Source: Candidatus Fervidifonticultor sextus (GTDB lineage Bacteria; Sysuimicrobiota; Sysuimicrobiia; Sysuimicrobiales; Humicultoraceae). From it: a stretch of 64,000 nt of DNA. Positions 49,410 to 58,824 of this stretch are shown in pieces. The stretch covers positions 1 through 64,000 of the forward strand of contig JAVKHQ010000008.1 in the NCBI GenBank assembly GCA_031459875.1, read 5' to 3'. How positions within the stretch are numbered: the first letter of the stretch is position 1; each line of letters opens with the position of its first letter. The position numbers and the translations under genes are program-made. The notes under the pieces were generated by a model. It searched no databases, was not told where the DNA came from, and was given only the letters and a program-made list of their open reading frames with translations.

Positions 49410-50525
49410 GTGAACGCCGGCGATCAGACGGTGCGGGCCGCGGTGACTCCTGCCCCGCTGGTCACCGAGGTCCGGGCCTTCCGCCTTCCGCCCGTGGGTG
49501 CCGACGACGGCCTGCTGGAGGTGGAGGCCTGCGGGCTGTGCGGGACCGACTGGGACTTCTACACGCGGCGTCGGGGCGCGCATCTGGGAGCGCTCATCCT
49601 CGGCCATGAGATCGTGGGCCGCGTCGCGGCCGTCGGCGAGCGGGCGGCCGCGCGGTGGGGGGTGGCGGAGGGTGACCGGGTGGCGGTCGAGGAGTTCCTC
49701 CCGTGCGGCCAGTGCGAGTTCTGTATCTCGGGCCGGCCCGCCCTGTGCGAGGCCACCGACTCGAGGTCTGAGCGGCCCTTCCTCCGCTACGGCGCCACTC
49801 CCATCGACGTGCCGCCGGCCTTGTGGGGCGGGTTTGGCGAGGTGCTCTACCTCCATCCGCGCGCGCTCGTCCACCGCCTCCCTCCCGAACTTTCGGCCGA
49901 TCTCGCGACCCTGTTCGTCCCGATCTCCAACGGCGTCCGCTGGGTGCGCAAGGATGGCCGCCTGCCGCGCGACGGGACGGTGGTCATCATCGGCCCGGGC
50001 GCCCACGGCCTGGGCTGTGTCGTGGCGGCCCGCGAGGGCGGGGCGGGGTGCGTGATCGTCGCGGGACGGACCCGCAGCCCGCGCCTCGACGCCGCTCGGG
50101 CCCTGGGGGCCGTGGGGCTGGAGGCTCAGGGGGCCGATCTCGTCGCCGCCGTGCGCGAGGTCACCGGCGGCGAGGGGGCCGATGTGGTCGTGGATCTGGC
50201 GCCGGGATCGTCGGACACCGTGGAGGTGGCCCTGCAGATCGCGCGCAAGGGCGCCACCGTGATCCTGGCCTCCTCGAAGCACGGCCGGCCCGTCGCCGGG
50301 TTCCAGAGCGACCTCGTCGTGCGCAAGGCCCTGACCGTGAGAGGGGTGCGGGGGCGTGACCCCCAGTCTGTGGAGGAGGCGCTCCGGATCCTCGGGTCCC
50401 GCCGCTACCCGCTGGAGCGGCTGCGCACCCACACGTTCCCGTTCACCCAGGCCGACCAGGCGCTCAGGGTCCTCGGGGAACGCACGGATCCTGCCGCGAT
50501 TCACGTTGCGGTCGTTCCCCGATGA
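49410..50525 (+). CDS. Zn-dependent medium-chain dehydrogenase
   Basis: CGLCGTD, GHE, CGQCEFC-x7-C structural Zn site, IGPGAHG. Confidence 0.9.
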   Translation: MNAGDQTVRAAVTPAPLVTEVRAFRLPPVGADDGLLEVEACGLCGTDWDFYTRRRGAHLGALILGHEIVGRVAAVGERAAARWGVAEGDRVAVEEFLPCGQCEFCISGRPALCEATDSRSERPFLRYGATPIDVPPALWGGFGEVLYLHPRALVHRLPPELSADLATLFVPISNGVRWVRKDGRLPRDGTVVIIGPGAHGLGCVVAAREGGAGCVIVAGRTRSPRLDAARALGAVGLEAQGADLVAAVREVTGGEGADVVVDLAPGSSDTVEVALQIARKGATVILASSKHGRPVAGFQSDLVVRKALTVRGVRGRDPQSVEEALRILGSRRYPLERLRTHTFPFTQADQALRVLGERTDPAAIHVAVVPR

Positions 50526-50615
50526 TGGTTGACCCTGCACGGAGTGGGTCCCGACGCCGATGAATCCTACGGGGCGTGATAGAATCGGTGTGAACCTGTC
50601 GAGGAGGCGGCGGGC

Positions 50616-51182
50616 GTGTCGGTCAGCCTCAAGATGAAGGCGCCCCCCACCGACGAGGAGTTGCGGGAGCTGTCCGATCGCAACCCGGGGTATCAGTTCG
50701 AGCGGAGTGCCGCGGGGGAACTGATCGTGACGCCCACGGGGAGCAAGGCGGGGCGCCGGGAATTGCTCCTGGGGGTACAACTGGCCCGCTGGGCCGAGGC
50801 TGACGGCCGGGGCCTAGCCTTTGGCCCCTCCGCCGGGTTTCGTCTGCCCGACGGTTCAGTGCTGTCACCGGATGCGTCCTGGGTGCGTCGGGATCGCTGG
50901 GATTCCCTGGAGGCCGGGGCCCAGGAGGGGTTTGCCCCGTTGTGCCCCGACGCCGTGTTCGAGTGCGCGTCGCGCAGCGACGAACTGCCTGGCCTCCGGG
51001 CGAAGCTGCAGGTCTATCTGGCCAACGGGGCCCGCCTGGCCGTGCTCGTCGATCCGTACCGTCGCGCGGTGGAGATCTTCGAGCCTGGCCGCACCCCGCG
51101 GGTCGTCGAGCAGGCCCGCTCGGTCGCGTTCCCCTCCGTGCTTTCCGGCTTCGTCCTCGACCTCGAGCCGATCTTCGCGTAG
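50616..51182 (+). CDS. Uma2 family (DUF820) PD-(D/E)XK nuclease-like protein
   Basis: ERSAAGELIV.P, GFRLPDG..SPDASW, CPDAVFE..S.SD, YLANGARL..L.DP. TGaTAGAAT at 50577-50585. Confidence 0.88.
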   Translation: MSVSLKMKAPPTDEELRELSDRNPGYQFERSAAGELIVTPTGSKAGRRELLLGVQLARWAEADGRGLAFGPSAGFRLPDGSVLSPDASWVRRDRWDSLEAGAQEGFAPLCPDAVFECASRSDELPGLRAKLQVYLANGARLAVLVDPYRRAVEIFEPGRTPRVVEQARSVAFPSVLSGFVLDLEPIFA

Positions 51183-51193
51183 CCGGCGGCGGG

Positions 51194-52363
51194 GTGAGCC
51201 GGCTCCTCGGTCTCTACGTTCCCACCCTGGCCGTCAGCTTCGCCCAGGGGATGATCTTCCCCGCCGTCCCGGCCCTCGCCGGACACTTCGGCGTCTCCCC
51301 CGGCCTGGCGGCGCAGGTGGTGAGCGCCCAGATGGCGGGCCGCATGCTGGCCCTGCTGCCCGCCGGGGCCCTGGTGGACCGGTTGGGTCCCTGGATCGTG
51401 CTCCTCCTGGGATCCATCTTCATCGTGGCCGGGGGCGCCGGGTTGCTGCTCGCGCAGGCCTTCTGGGTGGTGTTGCTGGGTCAGGCCCTGGCCGGCGCCG
51501 GGAGCAGCCTCTGGACCGCGGGCCGCGAGATCGCCGGGCTCGGCCTGGTGCGCGCGGATCAGCGGGGCCGATTGATGAGCGGCTTCTTCGGTCTGCAGAC
51601 ACTGGGGCTGGCGGCGGGGCCGGTGGCGGGCGGCCTGGTCGTTGACGCGGCAGGCCTCCGAACCCTCTTTGCGCTCTTCGCAGGCGTCGGGGTGGCAGTC
51701 CTCGCCATCACCCTCCTGCTCGACCGGTCGGCCGCCAGGCCGCCGGCACGCACCGCACCGCTGGCGGCGATCCTCCACGGCTGGCGGGAGATCGCACCGG
51801 CCGACCGCGCGACATACGCCGTCCTCGTGCTGGCCACGTTCGCCATGAACGTGTACCGGACCAGCCTCAACAGCCTGCTGCCGGTGTACGCGGGCGCCTC
51901 GCTCGGCTTCCCCGCCGCCCGGGTTGGGGCGCTCTTCGGGATCATCAGCCTGGGCGTGCTGGTGATGATCGTGCCGTCCGGGCTCGTCCTGGACCGGGTG
52001 GGCCGGAAGTGGGGAGCCGTGCCGGCGGTGGCGGTTCCTGCTGTGGCCTTTGCGGTGTTGCCGCTGGCCCGGACCGGCCCGCACCTCGCGCTGCTGGCGG
52101 CCGCCCTCGGCCTGGCCAGCGGACTGTCGCTGGGCTCCATGTCCACGTTCAGTTACGACGTCATCCCCGAGCACGCGCGGGGGGTACTGCAGGCCCAGCG
52201 GCGGCTGCTCGGGGACCTGGGAGGGCTGGCCGGACCGATGGCCGGAGGCCTCCTGGCGGACGCCTACGGAGCCGAGATCGCGTTCCTGGCCTACGCGCCG
52301 CTGCTGGCGCTGGCCGCGCTCCTGCTGGCCTTCGGCGCCCGCGAGACGTTGGTCCGACGGTGA
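51194..52363 (+). CDS. MFS transporter
   Basis: About 12 TMs; motif A-like GALVDRLG and GLVLDRVGRK. Confidence 0.88.
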   Translation: MSRLLGLYVPTLAVSFAQGMIFPAVPALAGHFGVSPGLAAQVVSAQMAGRMLALLPAGALVDRLGPWIVLLLGSIFIVAGGAGLLLAQAFWVVLLGQALAGAGSSLWTAGREIAGLGLVRADQRGRLMSGFFGLQTLGLAAGPVAGGLVVDAAGLRTLFALFAGVGVAVLAITLLLDRSAARPPARTAPLAAILHGWREIAPADRATYAVLVLATFAMNVYRTSLNSLLPVYAGASLGFPAARVGALFGIISLGVLVMIVPSGLVLDRVGRKWGAVPAVAVPAVAFAVLPLARTGPHLALLAAALGLASGLSLGSMSTFSYDVIPEHARGVLQAQRRLLGDLGGLAGPMAGGLLADAYGAEIAFLAYAPLLALAALLLAFGARETLVRR

Positions 52364-52382
52364 CGGCGCGTCCGGTCCGCCG

Positions 52383-53414
52383 CTACCGCGCCGCCTCGGC
52401 GCGCGTGCGTGCCGCGTACTCCGGTGCGTCCTCCAGGTAGACCACGGCGTCGTACCCGAGCAACTTGAACAGCCGGTTCTGCGCCGACAGCAGGACGAGC
52501 GGCCTCTGGGGGTCGGCGTTGACGTGCTGGTGGATGGTGTTGTGGGGCACGTAGAGCAGGTCGCCGGCGCCAAACTCCCACCGCGAGGGCTCCCGCGCCA
52601 CGCGGGCCATGTACCGTTCGCCGATCTCGGCCTCCACGTCCCAGTGCAGGCTGTAGCCGCGGCCCGACATGACGTAGATGGCCTCGTCGGCCATGTGCCA
52701 GTGCTTCGCCGACCGGCTCCCGCCCGGAATCTCCTGCTGGTAGATGTCGACGCTGAACACGCGGACGTCGGTCCGCTCGGGCGACGTCAGCACGCGGACC
52801 CGGCCGTCCCGGGTGATCTCCCAGCGCGTGTCCTGGGGTTTGACGACCTTCTTCCGCTCGGTGACGCCGGGCGTCCACAGGCGGCTCCAGTCCTCAGGCG
52901 GCCCGTATCGATCGCCGTCGGCGATCGGGCCCCCCCGGCCCTGTTGCACGAGGCCCAGGTACATCCAGGCGGCCTTGGCCTTGATGACGAGCGCGAGGGC
53001 CCGTCGGTCGGGGTCGGCGTTGTAGTGCCGGTGCACCGAGTCGTTGTGGACCACCACCAGGTCGTCCTGCTCCCAGTCGTACCGCTGGCCGTCGTGGATT
53101 TCGTAGCCGCGGCCTTCCAGGATGTAGAACGTCGCCTCGTTCTGGTGGCCGTGTCCCCGGTTGGACCCGCCGGGGAAGAGTTCCACGAAGTGCATCTGGA
53201 TGGTCTGGGTCAGAAAGGGGTCATCGCCCGGCCCGAGGATCCACCAGGTCCGCGACTGCGCCGAATCCGCCGAATGGGCCACGCGGGCGTCGTCCACCAC
53301 GGTGCCAGCCGGCCGGACTCGGGGCGCCGCACGCTGCCGCCGGCGGAACTCCGCGAGGCCGTACTGCTCGGCGCTGATGCCCCGGAGGAACACGCGCCCT
53401 TCGATCTCGCCCAC
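52383..53414 (-). CDS. Bicupin A (two intact metal motifs)
   Basis: GHGHQNEA.FYILEGRG...HRHYN and KHWHMADEA.YVMSGRG...HQHVN. Start GTG 53414 or 53417. Confidence 0.82.
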   Translation of the reverse strand: MGEIEGRVFLRGISAEQYGLAEFRRRQRAAPRVRPAGTVVDDARVAHSADSAQSRTWWILGPGDDPFLTQTIQMHFVELFPGGSNRGHGHQNEATFYILEGRGYEIHDGQRYDWEQDDLVVVHNDSVHRHYNADPDRRALALVIKAKAAWMYLGLVQQGRGGPIADGDRYGPPEDWSRLWTPGVTERKKVVKPQDTRWEITRDGRVRVLTSPERTDVRVFSVDIYQQEIPGGSRSAKHWHMADEAIYVMSGRGYSLHWDVEAEIGERYMARVAREPSRWEFGAGDLLYVPHNTIHQHVNADPQRPLVLLSAQNRLFKLLGYDAVVYLEDAPEYAARTRAEAAR

Positions 53415-53574
53415 CACCCCACCCCCCAAAAGACGGCTTTCGTCGGAACTACGGCGCCACCACGCCTCATCCCTCTGCGGGCGGGGCGTGTCGCGCCGGG
53501 GAGGGAACGGGGCCGGGGCGGAGTAGGAAAGGGCTGTTGTGCGCCGTGGGGGGCGTCCGGGGGGAGGCAGAAGG

Positions 53575-55332
53575 GTGTATCCGTCTGCGGCACAGTACGG
53601 GTCCGACCTCATCGTTGACCTCATGAAGGCCTACGGGATCGAGTACGCGGCCCTCAATCCCGGCGCGACCTTCAGGGGGCTCCACGACTCCATCGTCAAC
53701 TACGGCGGCAACCGGACCCCGGAGGTCATCCTCTGCCTCCACGAGGAGATCGCCGTGGCCATAGCCCAGGGCTACGCGAAGGCGGCGGGCCGTCCGATGG
53801 CCGCCATCGTGCACGACGTCGTGGGATTGCTCCATGCCGCCATGGCCATCTACACCGCCTGGCTCGACCGCACGCCCGTGCTGGTCATGGGCGGCACCGG
53901 GCCGATGGCGGTCGAGCACCGCCGGCCGTGGATCGACTGGATCCACACCGCGCTCGTGCAGGGCAACGTCGTCCGCGACTACGTCAAGTGGGACGACCAG
54001 CCCGCAAGCCTCCAGGGAATCGTGGAGTCGTTCATCCGAGGCTACCGGATCGCGACCACGGAGCCCCAGGGGCCGGTGTACCTGTGCTGGGACGCGGGGC
54101 TGCAGGAGCAGGCGCTCCAGGCACCCGTGCCGATTCCGCCGCTGGAACGCTACGGCCCGCCTGCGCGCACGCAGGCCGATCCGGCGGCGCTGCAGCACGC
54201 GGCCCGCTGGCTCGTCGAGGCGGAGCACCCGGTGGTCCTGGCCGACTACGTCGGGCGGAACCCCGATGCCGTGCCCGCGCTCGTGCGGCTCGCCGAGGCG
54301 CTGGCGCTTCCGGTCATCGACCTGGGCAGCCGCTTCAACTTTCCCAACACCCATCCTTTGGACCTCACAGGCGCCGAGGACGAACTCCTCCCGGAGGCCG
54401 ACGTCGTGCTGGCGCTGGACGTCTTCGACCTCCAGAAGGCCGTAGCGAGCACGGACCGCACGAGCCGCCTGGCCCGCTCACGGCTGCCCCACAGCGCGCG
54501 GATCGTGCACATCTCGTTCAACGACGTCATGGTCCGCAGTTGGGTGCAGGAGCAGGGGCGGCTGCAGCCCGTGGATCTCCCCATCGCCGCCGACACGTCG
54601 CTGGCGGTCCCCGCCCTTGCCGCCCTCGTCGAGCGCGCTGCGGGTGAGGATGCGGCCCTGCGGGCGCGGCGCGACCGCCGACGGGAGCGGCTGGAGCGCG
54701 CCCACCGCCGGCTGCAAGACGGGTGGCTCGCGGCCGCCGAGCGGGCACGGGACGACCGCCCGATTTCGCTCCCCCGGCTGGCTCTGGACCTCTGGGACGT
54801 CGTGCGCGACCTGGACTGGGTCCTGGTCAACCGCACCCTGCGGGGCTGGACGCGCCGGCTATGGGCCTGGACCACGGCGACGCCCTACCTCGGCACCCAC
54901 CTGGGCGGCGGCGTCGGCTACGGCCTGGGCCACGCCATCGGCGCCGCGCTGGCGCTGGGCGGCAGTCGGCTGTGCATCGATCTCCAGCCCGACGGCGACC
55001 TGCTCTACACCCCCAGCGCCCTGTGGACGGCGGCGCACCACCGGATCCCGCTGCTGGTCGTGATGTTCAACAACCGGACGTACTACAACGACGAGGAGCA
55101 CCAGATCCTGATGGCCCGCGCCCGCGGCCGGCCGGTCGAGCGGGCCCACATCGGCCTGGCCATGAAGGACCCGCCGGTGGACTTCGCGGGGTTGGCCCGC
55201 TCGTTCGGGGTCGAGGCCTGGGGACCGGTGGAGGAGCCCGGGGACCTGAAGCCGGCGCTGGAGCGCGCGGTGCGTCATGTGCTGCGCGAGCGGAGGCCGG
55301 CGCTGGTGGACGTCGTCATGCAGAACAGGTAG
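53575..55332 (+). CDS. ThDP-dependent enzyme (benzoylformate decarboxylase/acetolactate synthase-like family)
   Basis: YGSD..NPGATFRGLHDS, CLHEE (catalytic Glu), PQGPVY, GDLLY...MFNNRTY (GDG-like...NN motif, here PDGD). Start 53539 or 53575. Confidence 0.88.
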   Translation: MYPSAAQYGSDLIVDLMKAYGIEYAALNPGATFRGLHDSIVNYGGNRTPEVILCLHEEIAVAIAQGYAKAAGRPMAAIVHDVVGLLHAAMAIYTAWLDRTPVLVMGGTGPMAVEHRRPWIDWIHTALVQGNVVRDYVKWDDQPASLQGIVESFIRGYRIATTEPQGPVYLCWDAGLQEQALQAPVPIPPLERYGPPARTQADPAALQHAARWLVEAEHPVVLADYVGRNPDAVPALVRLAEALALPVIDLGSRFNFPNTHPLDLTGAEDELLPEADVVLALDVFDLQKAVASTDRTSRLARSRLPHSARIVHISFNDVMVRSWVQEQGRLQPVDLPIAADTSLAVPALAALVERAAGEDAALRARRDRRRERLERAHRRLQDGWLAAAERARDDRPISLPRLALDLWDVVRDLDWVLVNRTLRGWTRRLWAWTTATPYLGTHLGGGVGYGLGHAIGAALALGGSRLCIDLQPDGDLLYTPSALWTAAHHRIPLLVVMFNNRTYYNDEEHQILMARARGRPVERAHIGLAMKDPPVDFAGLARSFGVEAWGPVEEPGDLKPALERAVRHVLRERRPALVDVVMQNR

Positions 55333-55347
55333 AGGAGGGAGATCCAC

Positions 55348-56964
55348 GTGCCACCATCACTGCGCAACCGGGGCGGGGGCCGCAGCCCGCTGTTCGCCGC
55401 GCTGCGCCAGGCGGTCCGGGTGGCGGGAGCGGCCAACGTGCCGGGGGCGCCTCCGGTCGACGAACTCCTTGGGCTGCGCCTGGAGCGGCTCACCCGACGG
55501 CGCTTCCTGAAGGCGGCCATGGCCGCCGCCGCGGCGGTTGGCGTGCAGGGGGTGGCCGGCCGTCTGGGCGCCGACGTGGCGGCCGCGGCCCCGGCGGCCC
55601 CGCGCGTGGTGATCGTCGGCGGCGGCATCGCAGGTCTCCAGGCCGCCTACCGGCTGCGCCGGGCGGGGATCCGTGCCCTCGTCTACGACGCGGCGACCCG
55701 CACCGGGGGAAGGATCCGCTCGGCCGCCAACGCCATTGCGCCGGAACTGGTGACGGAATTCGGCGGTGAGTTCATCAACAGCGATCACGAGGATGTGCTG
55801 GCGCTGGCCAGAGAGTTCGGGCTCGACCTGATGGACATGGAGGCTCCCGGCGAGGCACACCTGGAGGAGGCGTATTTCTTCGACGGCCGGCACCGGCGCG
55901 AGGCGGAAGTGGTCAACGCCTTCCGGCCGGTCGCCGAACGCATCGCGGCGGATGCCGATCGACTGGGGGATCGCATTGACTTCCGCACCCCTGGCCCGGC
56001 GGTGCGGCTCGACCGGATGTCGCTGGCGGAGTACCTGCGCCGCATCGGCGCCACGGGATGGTTGGGGGCGCTATTGGAGGTCGCGTACGTGACCGAGTTC
56101 GGGCTCGACGCAGCCGAGCAGTCGGCGTTGAACTTCATCACCCTGGTGGGGACCGACCTGCGCGAGGGCTTCAGGATTGTGGGAGACAGCGACGAGCGCT
56201 ACAAGGTGCGGGGCGGCAACCAGCAGATCGCAGACGCCCTGGCCAGGCGCCTGGACGGTCAGATCGAACTCGGCCACCGTCTCGTCGGGCTGCGCGCGCG
56301 GGGCCGGGGCTACCTGCTCTCGTTCGAGCGCCGCGGCAGCGGGGTCACGGACGTGGCCGCCGACGTGGTGATTCTGGCGGTGCCCTTCACCATGGTGCGC
56401 GAGGTTGACCTCCGTGTGGAGCTGCCCTCCCACAAGTGGAAGGCGATTCGCGAACTCGGGTACGGGACCAACGCGAAATTGATGCAGGGGCTGCTGGAGC
56501 GGCCCTGGCGCGCGCGTGGATACTCGGGCGCGGCCTACTCCGACGCGGGATTCCAGTTGTGTTGGGACAACAGCCGCGGGCAGTCCGGGCCGGTCGGCGG
56601 CATCACCCTGTACTTTGGAGGGCACCTTGGGCTGGAGGTCGGCCGGGGATCTGCCGACGACCAGATGACCCGCCTGCTGCCGGGCGTGGACCGCGTCTTT
56701 CGGGGCGTGGCCGATGCCCGCGCCGGCCGGGCCGTGCGCTGGCACTGGCCCACCTATCCGTTCACGAAGGGCAGCTACGCCTGCTACAAGCCCGGACAGT
56801 GGACCGGCATCCGGGGGGCCGAAGGGGTTCCCGTGGGGAACCTGTTCTTCGCCGGCGAGCACTGCAGCTACGACTACCAGGGCTACATGAACGGCGGCGC
56901 GGAGTCCGGCCGCCTCGCCGCGCAGGCGGTGCTGCGCCGCCTCGGGCTCCAGCGGGCAAGTTAG
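55348..56964 (+). CDS. Flavin monoamine oxidase family protein with a Tat-like motif
   Basis: TRRRFLK plus hydrophobic segment, IVGGGIAGL, TGGRI, FGGEFI, FAGEHCS...GYMNGGAESG. Confidence 0.88.
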   Translation: MPPSLRNRGGGRSPLFAALRQAVRVAGAANVPGAPPVDELLGLRLERLTRRRFLKAAMAAAAAVGVQGVAGRLGADVAAAAPAAPRVVIVGGGIAGLQAAYRLRRAGIRALVYDAATRTGGRIRSAANAIAPELVTEFGGEFINSDHEDVLALAREFGLDLMDMEAPGEAHLEEAYFFDGRHRREAEVVNAFRPVAERIAADADRLGDRIDFRTPGPAVRLDRMSLAEYLRRIGATGWLGALLEVAYVTEFGLDAAEQSALNFITLVGTDLREGFRIVGDSDERYKVRGGNQQIADALARRLDGQIELGHRLVGLRARGRGYLLSFERRGSGVTDVAADVVILAVPFTMVREVDLRVELPSHKWKAIRELGYGTNAKLMQGLLERPWRARGYSGAAYSDAGFQLCWDNSRGQSGPVGGITLYFGGHLGLEVGRGSADDQMTRLLPGVDRVFRGVADARAGRAVRWHWPTYPFTKGSYACYKPGQWTGIRGAEGVPVGNLFFAGEHCSYDYQGYMNGGAESGRLAAQAVLRRLGLQRAS

Positions 56965-57284
56965 GGGAGGTGCCGTCCCTGCAGGAGGGCCCCGGCCGAC
57001 CATCCGCCGAGCATCAGGGCGATGCGGACTCCGATGAGCAGCCAGCCGACGGCAACGATGATCCAGGCGATCCGTCGGGCGACCCCTGCCAGGATGACGA
57101 ACAGCGTGAGGACCGCCAGGAATCCCACGGGATCGACCAGGTCGGCGGGAATCGAAGCCTGAGGGACCACCCGCTGGATGGCCGCCACGATCGCCTCGCC
57201 CAGCGCGCGGGCGAGCGTGGAGGTGAACTGCAAGACCTTGCTGAGCAGTTCACCGCCAGCCTGCGCCAGCCTCACCGTCTCCAT
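56961..57284 (-). CDS. Small hypothetical membrane protein
   Basis: GGAGGG RBS before ATG 57284; two TM helices (DPVGFLAVLTLFVIL; IAWIIVAVGWLLI). Confidence 0.6.
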   Translation of the reverse strand: METVRLAQAGGELLSKVLQFTSTLARALGEAIVAAIQRVVPQASIPADLVDPVGFLAVLTLFVILAGVARRIAWIIVAVGWLLIGVRIALMLGGWSAGALLQGRHLP

Positions 57285-57333
57285 GGTGCCAGAGCCCTCC
57301 CCGCACCGCCCGGAGGCTGCGGGTCGGCGTGGA

Positions 57334-58821
57334 CTAGCGGAACACGAGACTCTTGACCACGACCGGCACCACGCCCTGGTCTGGCAGCGGCCGGCCGATG
57401 TCGACGTAGTCGAACTCCCGCAGCAGGACCTGGTCGATGCACACCAGAGCGCCGGTGACCCCGAACTCCTGCTGCAGCAGCGCCCCGACGAGACCGGCGA
57501 CGTCGGCATCCACCACCAGGAGCAGCGGATGGCCGTTCCTGAGCTGAGGCAGGGCCGCCACGATGCCCGCGCACAGTTCCCGCAGCGACGCGTAGTCCGC
57601 GCCGTGGTGCCAGTGCACCGCCAGCGCGAAGGGGCCGTCTTCGCCGCCGGTCAGGTCGAGGCGCGCCAGGGCCCCGCGGACCGCCTGCGCGATGGCCGCC
57701 GCGGGCGGCGCCGCACGGCGCAGGCGGGCCACGGGGACGCTCCGCAGCGGCAGCACCTGCGGGTGCGACAGGAAGATCGTATCCCCGCTCAACTGCACCG
57801 TGTACTGCGACGCCCCGATGCAGGTGGCCCGGATTGCCTCGAGGGGCTCCTGCAGGGCGATCCTGAGTTCCCCGGCCCGGCGCCGCAGGGCCGCGGCCAG
57901 GCGGGGGCCCAGGTCACCGAACTCCTGCTGCTCGCGTCCGTAGACGTACTCGGCCACGCCGCCGGAGAAGACGATGCGGCGATAGGGCGGCGCCGCCAGG
58001 AGGGGCTCGGTGATCCACAGGTCGGTGTCGCGGGCGCCCATGGCGATCCCCAGGACGATCTCGGCCATGTGCGAGGCGAGTCGGTCCAGCGCCTCGGGCG
58101 GGAGGCGGTCAGCGGGCATCGGGACGCGCGAGCCCTCGCTGCGGCTGATGCCCGCCTCCACGGCCAGCCGCCGGCCGGCCTCCTCAAGGCGGGTGAGCCG
58201 CCCGTCGGCGTCCCAGGCCAGCAGCCGGGCGCCCAGGTGGATCGCCCCCGTTTGCTCCACCTGGCCGGCCCGGCAGACGGCAAACTTCGTCGTGCCGCCG
58301 CCGATGTCGACGTTCAGCAACGGCTCCTCGTCGTCCTGGGAGAACTCCACCGCGCCCGACCCGTGGGCGGCGAGCAGGCTCTCCAGGTTCGGCCCGGCGG
58401 TGGCGCACACGAACCTGCCGACCTCCCGTGCGAAGAGCTCACCGATGGCGCGGGCGTTCTCGCGCCGGGCCGCCTCGCCCGTGGTGATCACCGCGCCCGC
58501 ATCGATGTCGTCTGGCAGGGCGCCCGCGTCGGTGTAGGTGGCGTTGATGAATCCGCCCAGGGCGGCCGCGTCGATCGCCCCCGAGGGCGCATACGGCGTG
58601 AAGATCACCGGCGAGCGGAACAGGATCGCCCGCTCCGTGACCGCAAAGCGGCTGGAGAGCCGGCGTCCCTGCCGCTCGAGCACCAGCCTCGAGAAGACCA
58701 TGTGGGAGGTCGAGGTGCCGATGTCGACACCGACGCTGCGCAGCACGACGCGCTCGCCGACGTAGACGGCCGCCCCGTCTTCCCCGTCGAGGTGAATGTG
58801 GTCCTCGTCGAATTCGTGCAT
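57334..58821 (-). CDS. EutA-like ASKHA-fold ATPase (ethanolamine ammonia-lyase reactivase homolog)
   Basis: SVGVDIGTSTSHMVFS, GAVITTGEAARRENA, FVCATAGPNLES.LAAHGSG, NVDIGGGTT, FSGGV, IRATCIGASQYT..LSG.TI, DYVDIG, VPVVVKSLVF. Confidence 0.88.
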   Translation of the reverse strand: MHEFDEDHIHLDGEDGAAVYVGERVVLRSVGVDIGTSTSHMVFSRLVLERQGRRLSSRFAVTERAILFRSPVIFTPYAPSGAIDAAALGGFINATYTDAGALPDDIDAGAVITTGEAARRENARAIGELFAREVGRFVCATAGPNLESLLAAHGSGAVEFSQDDEEPLLNVDIGGGTTKFAVCRAGQVEQTGAIHLGARLLAWDADGRLTRLEEAGRRLAVEAGISRSEGSRVPMPADRLPPEALDRLASHMAEIVLGIAMGARDTDLWITEPLLAAPPYRRIVFSGGVAEYVYGREQQEFGDLGPRLAAALRRRAGELRIALQEPLEAIRATCIGASQYTVQLSGDTIFLSHPQVLPLRSVPVARLRRAAPPAAAIAQAVRGALARLDLTGGEDGPFALAVHWHHGADYASLRELCAGIVAALPQLRNGHPLLLVVDADVAGLVGALLQQEFGVTGALVCIDQVLLREFDYVDIGRPLPDQGVVPVVVKSLVFR

Positions 58822-58824
58822 CCG

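Noticed and set aside
50616..51182. Uma2 nuclease-like gene as a defence system
   Set aside because: Solitary member of a commonly expanded family, with no methylase or other defence partner adjacent.
57334..58821. Ethanolamine utilisation (eut) locus
   Set aside because: Only the EutA-like gene is present; no EutB/EutC, shell proteins or aldehyde dehydrogenase.
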